Assembly: GCA_051656605.1 (NCBI GenBank)
Contig: JBOGCF010000015.1
Coordinates: forward strand, 19,527 to 83,526
Length of the DNA stretch: 64,000 nt
Source of the DNA: Tannerellaceae bacterium
GTDB lineage: Bacteria; Bacteroidota; Bacteroidia; Bacteroidales; CAMTPD01
Direction: 5' to 3'
Part shown: piece by piece, positions 57,809-64,000 of the stretch
Numbering within the stretch: position 1 is the stretch's first letter
Layout: the number at the start of each line of letters is the position of its first letter
Translations under genes and position numbers: made by a program
Notes under the pieces: generated by a model
The model's database searches: none
Told to the model about the DNA's origin: nothing
What the model saw: the letters and a program-made list of their open reading frames with translations, nothing else

Positions 57809-58858
57809 TTACAGCAGATAGATTGCTTTGTTGCGTTGCGGGATTGCTTCGCCGATGATCGCTGCATCGGGATGAAGTCCGCAGGCATGCAGGTCGGCCA
57901 AAAGGGAATCTGCCTTGTCTGCGTCGACGGCGATGAGTAGACCGCCCGACGTTTGTGCGTCGCAAGCAACCATTTTAAGTTCGGTAGAGCAGCTGTTTGC
58001 CACATGGATGTCGTCCTTTACATACTTCAGATTGCGGAAAGCTGCACCCGGAATGCAACCCGCTTCAAGCAGGTCGATCACGGTAGGAAGCACCGGGAGC
58101 TTGTCGCTTTCGAATTGAATACTCACGCCGCTGGCTTGTGCCATCTTCGTGGCATGCCCCAAAAGACCAAAGCCCGTTACATCCGTTGCACCAGTAACAT
58201 GATAAGGTCGCATGCATTCTGCACCCACTTTATTCAGCAGTTTCATTTGTTCCAATGCCGCTTCGTAGGCAGTATCTTCGGCTATGCCCAGACGTTGGGC
58301 CGCAATCAAAACACCAATACCAAGCGGTTTGGTCAGGATCAGTTTTTGTCCCGCCTTGATACCGCTATTCGTTACCAGTTTGTCGGGATGAACAGTGCCT
58401 ACCACCGCAAGTCCGTACTTCGGCACGGCATCTTCGATCGTGTGTCCGCCCATTGTAAACGCACCCGACTCGTTGATCTTATCTTGTCCGCCCGCCAGAA
58501 TATCCCTTAATACCGTAAGCGGAATGTCTTGCGAAGAAAACATTGTCAGGTTAAGACTCAACAGCGGAGTACCGCCCATCGCATACACATCGCTCAAGGC
58601 ATTTGCGGCCGCGATCTGGCCAAACGTATACGGATCACTGCACACTGGCGGAAAGAAATCCGTAGTAACGATCAGTGCCGTTTCGTCGTTGATTTTGTAA
58701 ACACCCGCATCATCGTGCGTTTCTATGTCTACCATGATATTGCTGCTTTTGAGCAGTGGAATTGTATTCAGCAGTTCGGTAAGCTCCGTTGGAGCAAGTT
58801 TGGCCGAACAACCGCCATACTCTACCGTAGAGAGCAGGTCGAATGTATCTTGATTCAT
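57809..58858 (-). CDS. selD: selenide, water dikinase (selenophosphate synthetase), Cys-type
   Basis: N-terminal GGCSAKL (Cys/Lys active-site loop) and AIR-synthase-like PurM fold. No in-frame TGA. The start overlaps the upstream gene by 4 nt. Confidence 0.9.
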   Translation of the reverse strand: MNQDTFDLLSTVEYGGCSAKLAPTELTELLNTIPLLKSSNIMVDIETHDDAGVYKINDETALIVTTDFFPPVCSDPYTFGQIAAANALSDVYAMGGTPLLSLNLTMFSSQDIPLTVLRDILAGGQDKINESGAFTMGGHTIEDAVPKYGLAVVGTVHPDKLVTNSGIKAGQKLILTKPLGIGVLIAAQRLGIAEDTAYEAALEQMKLLNKVGAECMRPYHVTGATDVTGFGLLGHATKMAQASGVSIQFESDKLPVLPTVIDLLEAGCIPGAAFRNLKYVKDDIHVANSCSTELKMVACDAQTSGGLLIAVDADKADSLLADLHACGLHPDAAIIGEAIPQRNKAIYLL

Positions 58859-59118
58859 GCTGTTTCAGTTGTTAGGGTTGAGGGATAAAGCGTCATGGCA
58901 AGTTGCGCTTCGGTCATAATACGGCAAAAAGCATCGAGCTCCGTTTGCGGAACCAAGATGCACATACCGCACTCTGACGAAATATGTTCGGGCACACTCA
59001 GCACCTTGGTCGAGAGGTGCGCCTGTTGGCACAACTTGTCTGCCTTGATCACCATTCGGGCCGATGCAAACACGGCTATTTTATCTTCATTTACATGCAT
59101 GGTGAATTGCTTTTGCAA
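58855..59118 (-). CDS. DUF3343-family small protein
   Basis: 87 aa. VPEHISSECGMCI matches the ...P.P..IS..CG... signature of DUF3343. Sits between the csd-like gene and selD. An alternative start is Met7 at 59100. Confidence 0.7.
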   Translation of the reverse strand: MQKQFTMHVNEDKIAVFASARMVIKADKLCQQAHLSTKVLSVPEHISSECGMCILVPQTELDAFCRIMTEAQLAMTLYPSTLTTETA

Positions 59119-60202
59119 GAAGTTCGAAATCGGCGACAGTGTGGTAAGGCGAAGCCGCGATACGCACTGTCCCGGTAGGAAATGTATTCAATGTCTTATG
59201 TGCCAAGGGGGCGCAATGCAGCCCGGTTCGTACCTCGATGTCGTGATCGAAGAAGAGACGATTGCCGATGGAAGAAGGCAAAACATGGTTGTGTGTAAAC
59301 GAAATCAACTCGCTTTGCATGTCCGGATTTGCCGCACGCAAAACGCGCACACCGTCGAAAGAAGCAATCTCATCGATCAGCGACAAGAAGTCTTCCCGCG
59401 TGTGCATAGGCTCCGGTCGATGCAAAAGTGCCGCGTTGAGACCTGCTATCCCGGTAAGATTGGGCGTGCCGGCTTCGTACCGGTCGGGCGTTTCTTCGGG
59501 CATTTCGTATCGGTCAGACTTGCTTCCCGTGCCGCCCGCAACGAGAGGCGAAAGCAGTTCTCGCGAGAAAAAGCCGCCAATCCCGGTAGGGCCGAGCAAT
59601 CCTTTGTGTCCAGTAAAAGCCACGGCATAGAGTTCCCACGCGTCGGCAAATACCGGCGTATGTCCCAGCGACTGAGTTGAGTCGAGTATCAAGCGCAACT
59701 GTTTAATTTTTGCCCAGTGCGCAATTTGTGCCATCGGTTGAATAACTCCGTTTACGTTACTGGCATGATTGATCACCACCACTTCGTTTTCAGTAACAGG
59801 CAATGCAGCCAGCTTCTCGATGTCTACGGTGCCGTCGGGCAAAGCAGGAAGCATGCAGATCTCAACACCTTGAGTTTCGGCAAGCTGCGTAAGCGGACGC
59901 ATCACGGCATTGTGCTCGAGTGGCGAAATCCACACCTTTTGGAAGGGCGCAATTCCTTTAAGTATCCAATTGAGTGCGGTGGTAGCATTGATCGAAAAGG
60001 CCACCTTCTCGGCCTCGCTGCAACCCATCGCTTCGGCGATGTTGTCGCGACACATTTCGGCCATTGCCGTAGCCTGTTGTACACGACCATAAGCAGCCCG
60101 TCCGTACGTGCCCCCACAGGTAGTAATATAATCTGCAATTGTAAGAGCCACTTGTGGCGGTTTCGGAAAACTGGTACTGCCGTTGTCGAAGTATAGATTC
60201 AT
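59087..60202 (-). CDS. class V aminotransferase-fold PLP enzyme (cysteine desulfurase / selenocysteine lyase-like)
   Basis: PLP-lysine context FTGHKGLLGPTG. 371 aa. Lies within the selenium operon. Confidence 0.85.
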   Translation of the reverse strand: MNLYFDNGSTSFPKPPQVALTIADYITTCGGTYGRAAYGRVQQATAMAEMCRDNIAEAMGCSEAEKVAFSINATTALNWILKGIAPFQKVWISPLEHNAVMRPLTQLAETQGVEICMLPALPDGTVDIEKLAALPVTENEVVVINHASNVNGVIQPMAQIAHWAKIKQLRLILDSTQSLGHTPVFADAWELYAVAFTGHKGLLGPTGIGGFFSRELLSPLVAGGTGSKSDRYEMPEETPDRYEAGTPNLTGIAGLNAALLHRPEPMHTREDFLSLIDEIASFDGVRVLRAANPDMQSELISFTHNHVLPSSIGNRLFFDHDIEVRTGLHCAPLAHKTLNTFPTGTVRIAASPYHTVADFELLAKAIHHACK

Positions 60203-60240
60203 AGCTTCGCTTTTTTAAGATTGAATAGTTGGATTACCGA

Positions 60241-60843
60241 TCACGGATAGATTACATGCCCTGTATTGGCAAGCAGCGACGTAATCTTATACATGTTGCC
60301 AATCATCCCTACGGCCAATTGGTTTTTTACATCGTAGTAGTCGAGGCATGTCCCGCAGGCTATGATCGAGACCCCTTTCTCTTCCAGCTCCTGCAACGAG
60401 GCAGCCGTGTCGGTACCTTTAAGGGCAACCATCACACCACTGTTGTATAAGACAATTGCTTCGGGAAGCGTATCTACTTCTTTAAGTGAGTTGATAAACG
60501 CACGCAACAAGATCTTGCCCAGTTCGTCGTCGCCCGTACCCATCGTATCACCCTTGATCGCAACCACATACGCCTTGCTTTGAGGCGAGTTGCAATAAGC
60601 TGCGGCATCTACAGCCTCGTTTACGGTGGCAGGTTTCTCAAATGTAATGGTATACAAAGTCCCTTCTTGCTTGTGCGAAGGCGTGATCTTCAGTTCGGCA
60701 AGATAACTCATCAAGTTTTGAAACGCCGTTTCGTTGTCTGTGATTACTTCAATCACTTCACCTTCGGCAGCTTCGGTAATTCCTTTTTTCGTAAGAATAA
60801 GTGGAGCAGGACACAGTTTGCCCAGCGTATTTATCTGTTTCAT
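60241..60843 (-). CDS. yedF: YedF-type sulfurtransferase-like selenium metabolism protein
   Basis: TusA-like N-domain with CPAPL motif, fused to a DsrE-like C-domain. Overlaps the mnmH stop by 4 nt. Confidence 0.8.
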   Translation of the reverse strand: MKQINTLGKLCPAPLILTKKGITEAAEGEVIEVITDNETAFQNLMSYLAELKITPSHKQEGTLYTITFEKPATVNEAVDAAAYCNSPQSKAYVVAIKGDTMGTGDDELGKILLRAFINSLKEVDTLPEAIVLYNSGVMVALKGTDTAASLQELEEKGVSIIACGTCLDYYDVKNQLAVGMIGNMYKITSLLANTGHVIYP

Positions 60844-61871
60844 AAGTCGGATGATTGTTGGATGATTTTGCGTAATTCAGTTGCGGTAGCCTGCGGATCG
60901 TCGTTAGGAGCCTGGTAAGAGTGGGTAAGCTTCCACGATTTCTCGTACGACTTGTTGTAGCCTTTGTCGTAGTAGACCATCGCTATTTTAATAGCCTCTT
61001 CGATATTTCCCTCGTTGAGCAGTTCGATGGCAGCTTTTACCTTTTCTGGTCCCATGCGTCGCTCGATTCGCTTAAACGAGTCGATCAACTCCTCGGTCGA
61101 GAACTTTCCGTACTCTTCTTTGATACGTTTTATTCTGCATGCATCGGGGATGGTGAAGTAAATAAACTTCGAAGTGCGCATACGTGCGAATAGTTGGGCC
61201 GGAAGGTAGCATTTGCCTGTTGTAAGACCTTCGCCTTCGCACCAGATCGGTTTGCTTAGATCAAATCCGCGGAAGGTATGATGCAAGTCGTTGATAAACT
61301 GCTCGGTGGTAGGTTGTGCCACTTGTCCGAGTCCGCCAAATGCAGACCCCTTGTGATTTGCTAGCGCTTCGATGTCGAGAACCTGCTCGCCAAGATCGCG
61401 CAGTGCATGCAAGATATCGGTTTTTCCGCAGCCGGTAGGACCGCCTACAATATACATGTTAAAAGGTTTTTCAAGCAGATCGATAAACGATTGTCGGTAG
61501 GCTTTGTATCCGCCTACAAGGAGTTTTACGTTTAGTCCTGCCGTACGAAGCAGCCAAGCCACACTGTTGCTGCGCATCCCCCCACGCCAACAATGAAGGT
61601 AGATGGTTTTACCGTTAGAAATCTTCTTGGCATCCTTTACAAGTTGTGCCAGCTTAGAACCGACAAGCTCAAGCCCTTTTTCTACGGCAACCTCTTTGCC
61701 TTGTTGCACATAGAGTGTGCCTACTACAACACGCTCTTCGTTGGTAAAGAGCGGAAGGTTCAATGCAGAAGGAATATGCCCTTGTTCAAACTCGGCAGGA
61801 GTGCGTACGTCAATGATGACTCCGCTCTTGCTTTCGTCGATAAATGCATCGGGCAATAGCTCATTTTTCAT
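60840..61871 (-). CDS. mnmH: tRNA 2-selenouridine synthase
   Basis: Rhodanese domain with active-site CWRGGMRS, followed by P-loop GGPTGCGKT. 343 aa, the SelU/YbbB architecture. Confidence 0.9.
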   Translation of the reverse strand: MKNELLPDAFIDESKSGVIIDVRTPAEFEQGHIPSALNLPLFTNEERVVVGTLYVQQGKEVAVEKGLELVGSKLAQLVKDAKKISNGKTIYLHCWRGGMRSNSVAWLLRTAGLNVKLLVGGYKAYRQSFIDLLEKPFNMYIVGGPTGCGKTDILHALRDLGEQVLDIEALANHKGSAFGGLGQVAQPTTEQFINDLHHTFRGFDLSKPIWCEGEGLTTGKCYLPAQLFARMRTSKFIYFTIPDACRIKRIKEEYGKFSTEELIDSFKRIERRMGPEKVKAAIELLNEGNIEEAIKIAMVYYDKGYNKSYEKSWKLTHSYQAPNDDPQATATELRKIIQQSSDL

Positions 61872-61889
61872 GTTCCGTCAATTTTTATT

Positions 61890-61897
61890 CAAATGTA
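61890..61897 (-). promoter_or_regulatory. TAnnTTTG motif for the mnmH-selD operon
   Basis: The minus strand reads TACATTTG, about 19 nt upstream of the mnmH ATG. Confidence 0.4.
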
Positions 61898-62177
61898 GCG
61901 ATTCTATGAGATATAAATAGAATAACAGCGAATGAACAATGTATTAATTTACGATGTTTATAGGAGTGTGGGCACAATACGCGTGATGCGTAACAAATCG
62001 TGCTAAAGGGAAGAAATAGATTATTGTTTTCTGGTTTAAGTTGAAGGGCCGGTTAGAGCCGCCAAATATTACTTTGTAAAATCTAATAGACTTATAAAGA
62101 ATTGATTCACTAAGAATAAATCAAAATAATATTTACAATGCTAGGTTTTGGGAAATGAAATAGATAAATTGGTAAAG

Positions 62178-62198
62178 TAAGATTCGCGAAGAATCTTA
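62178..62198 (-). terminator. hairpin downstream of the tRNA-Glu array (possible terminator or processing site)
   Basis: TAAGATTC-GCGAA-GAATCTTA 8-bp stem, 28 nt beyond the 3' end of copy 1. The U-tail is weak. Confidence 0.35.
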
Positions 62199-62225
62199 GT
62201 AGTGTTAGGGCGTATAGTTTACGAA

Positions 62226-62300
62226 TGGTAGCCCATAGGGGAATCGAACCCCTCTTTCAAGAATGAAAATCTTGCGTCCTAACCGATAGACGAATGGGCC
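62226..62300 (-). tRNA. tRNA-Glu(UUC), copy 1 (CCA encoded)
   Basis: The reverse complement GGCCCATTCGTCTATCGGTTAGGACGCAAGATTTTCATTCTTGAAAGAGGGGTTCGATTCCCCTATGGGCTACCA folds by hand into a cloverleaf. It has a 7-bp acceptor stem (G1-U72 wobble), a D-arm with GG, anticodon loop TTTTCAT (anticodon TTC) and T-loop TTCGATT. Confidence 0.9.
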
Positions 62301-62340
62301 AACATGTTGTTAGATGATAAAGGGAGTACCTTTATTGTTT

Positions 62341-62415
62341 TGGTAGCCCATAGGGGAATCGAACCCCTCTTTCAAGAATGAAAATCTTGCGTCCTAACCG
62401 ATAGACGAATGGGCC
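62341..62415 (-). tRNA. tRNA-Glu(UUC), copy 2 (CCA encoded)
   Basis: Identical in sequence to copy 1. Confidence 0.9.
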
Positions 62416-62460
62416 AACATAGTGTTGGTTGTGTAAAGGCGTTACCTTTACTGTATTGAG

Positions 62461-62532
62461 TAGCCCATAGGGGAGTCGAACCCCTCTTTCAAGAATGAAA
62501 ATCTTGCGTCCTAACCGATAGACGAATGGGCC
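62461..62532 (-). tRNA. tRNA-Glu(UUC), copy 3 (no encoded CCA; T-loop variant)
   Basis: Same body, but the T-loop is TTCGACT (plus strand GGGGAGTCGAACCCC) and the 3' flank reads CTC instead of CCA. Confidence 0.85.
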
Positions 62533-62577
62533 AACGTATTCGTTGGTTGTGTAAAGTGTTACCTTTACTGCTTTGAG

Positions 62578-62649
62578 TAGCCCATAGGGGAATCGAACCC
62601 CTCTTTCAAGAATGAAAATCTTGCGTCCTAACCGATAGACGAATGGGCC
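62578..62649 (-). tRNA. tRNA-Glu(UUC), copy 4 (no encoded CCA)
   Basis: Body identical to copy 1. The 3' flank is CTC. Confidence 0.9.
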
Positions 62650-62689
62650 AACATGCTGTTGGTTTCGTAAAGTTGCTACCTTACTGTTT

Positions 62690-62764
62690 TGGTAGCCCAT
62701 AGGGGAATCGAACCCCTCTTTCAAGAATGAAAATCTTGCGTCCTAACCGATAGACGAATGGGCC
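62690..62764 (-). tRNA. tRNA-Glu(UUC), copy 5 (CCA encoded; promoter-proximal)
   Basis: Identical to copy 1. Confidence 0.9.
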
Positions 62765-62821
62765 AACATGTCGTTGCTTTTACAGCATTTGCAACCTCGA
62801 TTTGTTTCTTGATTGCGGGTG

Positions 62822-62829
62822 CAAAGGTA
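62822..62829 (-). promoter_or_regulatory. TAnnTTTG motif for the tRNA-Glu array
   Basis: The minus strand reads TACCTTTGCACCCGC, 58 nt upstream of tRNA copy 5. A TTG lies 19 nt further upstream, as a candidate -33 element. Confidence 0.45.
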
Positions 62830-63119
62830 CTAATAAATTTCTATTTTGCAATAGCTTGCTTAACTTTTTTGCATTATGATTGTTAACAATACTAGCCTTT
62901 ATTATCTAAATGCCTGACGGCTAGACTCGATTTTCTGCTAATAAAATTACATTTTTCTTATTGTAAAGTTTCTTTTCTTACAAACGCTCTCTCTCGGCAT
63001 CGTTACATACGCTATTCTTTGCCTAATTGATCAATCTCAGTATCTACTTTAAGCCCGTTTGATTGGCATTATCTCTATACCTAATTACGATCTATATTAT
63101 GCAAATCAAATTTAAATAC

Positions 63120-63127
63120 TATTTTTG
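63120..63127 (+). promoter_or_regulatory. TAnnTTTG motif for the terminal secreted-protein gene
   Basis: TATTTTTG, 42 nt upstream of the ATG at 63169. Confidence 0.4.
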
Positions 63128-63168
63128 AATCATTCAAAGACCTTATAATCACCAAATAAAATCGAATC

Positions 63169-64000
63169 ATGAAATTCACTTCTACAAAAAAACGAATAGC
63201 TATAACTCTCTTTGCAGCATTGGGTAGTATCGGAATCGATGCCGTGGCGCAAGAAAATACCCGTTGGCAGCTTTCCGAATCGGGCAGCATTGTTTGGAAT
63301 CCCGATCAAGCACTCCCGCATTACGATCACATCGAGATGAGCGGACTGCGCGTATCTACTGTGCTTCGCTACGGAGTAAATGCCGACAGCTCTTTTGCCT
63401 ATAGTCGCGGCATGGTGTGGCCGTTGTTGCGCACCCTTCCAAACGATACCCATGCCAGTTTGATGCGTCGGCTCAATCTGAATGTGCTGGATTTGATCTG
63501 CGCCGATCGCATGTCGGTCGTCAAAGAGCGGGTAGATGAGATCACGCTCGACGGAAAGATGACGGTGCAAAGTACCGTAACCTTTGCCAACAACAAGCAA
63601 CTTTCACTGCAACGCATCCTGTTCCCGTCGGTCGATCAGCCTGCACTTTGCGAACAATATACCTTAACCAATACCGGAAATAAGCCCGTAAGCGTGGAGG
63701 TTCCTGCTACGGAGTCGGTCGCAACAACAGATGCAACCAAAGGTGTGTACGGGGCATACGATGTGATTTCGAAGGTAAACGGCGTTACAAAGATACTGCA
63801 ACCGGGTGAAGCGCTCACTTTCGACGCGCTGTTTACTGCCGTAAAGCAAGGCGAAACCCTTGCAGCATATGATGCGACCGACGAACTAAGCAAACGCAAA
63901 GACCTGATCTCCGAATACTGGGGCAACCTTGTGCTCGAAACGCCCGACCCAATCCTCAACGCAATGTTTGCCTTTGCCAAAATACGTGGCACCGAAAGTA
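63169..64000 (+). CDS. secreted protein, N-terminal 277 codons (continues past the window end); possibly glycoside-hydrolase-like
   Basis: Absent from the ORF track because it has no stop in the window. ATG at 63169 gives MKFTSTKKRIAITLFAALGSIGIDAVAQ (signal peptide), and the frame stays open to 64000. A TAnnTTTG motif lies 42 nt upstream. The functional guess, based on ...PDPILNAMFAFAKIRGTES, is weak. Confidence 0.6.
   Translation, partial: MKFTSTKKRIAITLFAALGSIGIDAVAQENTRWQLSESGSIVWNPDQALPHYDHIEMSGLRVSTVLRYGVNADSSFAYSRGMVWPLLRTLPNDTHASLMRRLNLNVLDLICADRMSVVKERVDEITLDGKMTVQSTVTFANNKQLSLQRILFPSVDQPALCEQYTLTNTGNKPVSVEVPATESVATTDATKGVYGAYDVISKVNGVTKILQPGEALTFDALFTAVKQGETLAAYDATDELSKRKDLISEYWGNLVLETPDPILNAMFAFAKIRGTES

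Noticed and set aside
57809-58858. Possible selenocysteine (UGA) recoding in selD.
   Set aside because: The ORF is uninterrupted, and the active-site loop reads GGCSAKL with Cys. There is no in-frame TGA and no need for a SECIS element.
57953-60196. Plus-strand ORFs of 185, 101, 119, 261, 122 and 159 aa across the selenium operon. A similar 225-aa ORF lies at 19955-20632, opposite the LTA synthase.
   Set aside because: They are antisense to genes with clear catalytic motifs. They have no start context, motifs or signal sequences, and are an artefact of the GC-rich composition.
62332-62724. 130-aa ORF with an internally repeated peptide (VGPFVYRLGRKIFILERGVRFPYGL x4).
   Set aside because: It is the translation of the tandem tRNA-Glu genes on their coding strand. 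The periodicity comes from the tRNA repeat, not from a repeat protein.
62226-62764. Regular repeat/spacer periodicity resembling a CRISPR array.
   Set aside because: The repeats are 72-75 nt and fold into complete tRNA-Glu cloverleaves. The spacers are related to one another, and no cas genes or leader are present.
61872-63168. tRNA array as an integration hotspot, meaning a possible integrase or genomic-island border.
   Set aside because: There is no integrase or recombinase ORF on either side, and I saw no duplicated tRNA 3'-end fragment (att-like direct repeat) in the flanks.
63130-63992. Minus-strand ORFs of 156, 72, 118 and 61 aa at the window end.
   Set aside because: The plus strand carries an uninterrupted frame from ATG 63169 to the window edge, with a good signal peptide and promoter motif. 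The minus ORFs are shadows.

Overview
This is a chromosomal segment from a member of the Bacteroidota, probably Bacteroidales-like. Three things support that: TAnnTTTG-type promoter motifs without Shine-Dalgarno sequences, many lipoproteins plus a TonB-dependent receptor, and GldH and 6-bladed beta-propeller lipoprotein families. Most of the window is ordinary housekeeping. It includes ferritin (partial), gcvP, rsmG, purH, the mreB-mreC-mreD-mrdA-rodA cell-shape operon, holB-PSP1-gldH, metF, ilvE, nifJ (PFOR), smpB and metH. I found no CRISPR array, cas genes, transposase, integrase, prophage or recognisable defence system.

The less ordinary content is:
1. A three-gene envelope metal module: an exported Cys/His-rich protein, a TonB-dependent receptor and an exported HMA protein.
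2. An ECF sigma operon whose downstream partner fuses an inner-membrane anchor to an outer-membrane beta-barrel-like domain.
3. A divergent PAS-LuxR / LuxI-NAS-like GNAT pair, next to an orphan ThiF/E1-like enzyme and a mini-ferredoxin.
4. Two long non-coding regions (17.1-17.7 kb and 43.9-45.0 kb) that share a structured dispersed repeat. It has GAAGAC-containing mutually exclusive hairpins and T5G tracts phased at exactly 22 nt.
5. Four paralogous beta-propeller lipoproteins, three of them in tandem in an AT-rich block.
6. A GC-rich selenium-utilisation operon (mnmH-yedF-csd-DUF3343-selD) lying directly downstream of a five-copy tandem tRNA-Glu(UUC) array. tRNA-Glu(UUC) is a known substrate class of MnmH.

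The best candidates for undescribed biology are items 4, 3 and 6, then 1. All functional calls come from reading the translated ORFs and motifs by eye. No database search was run.
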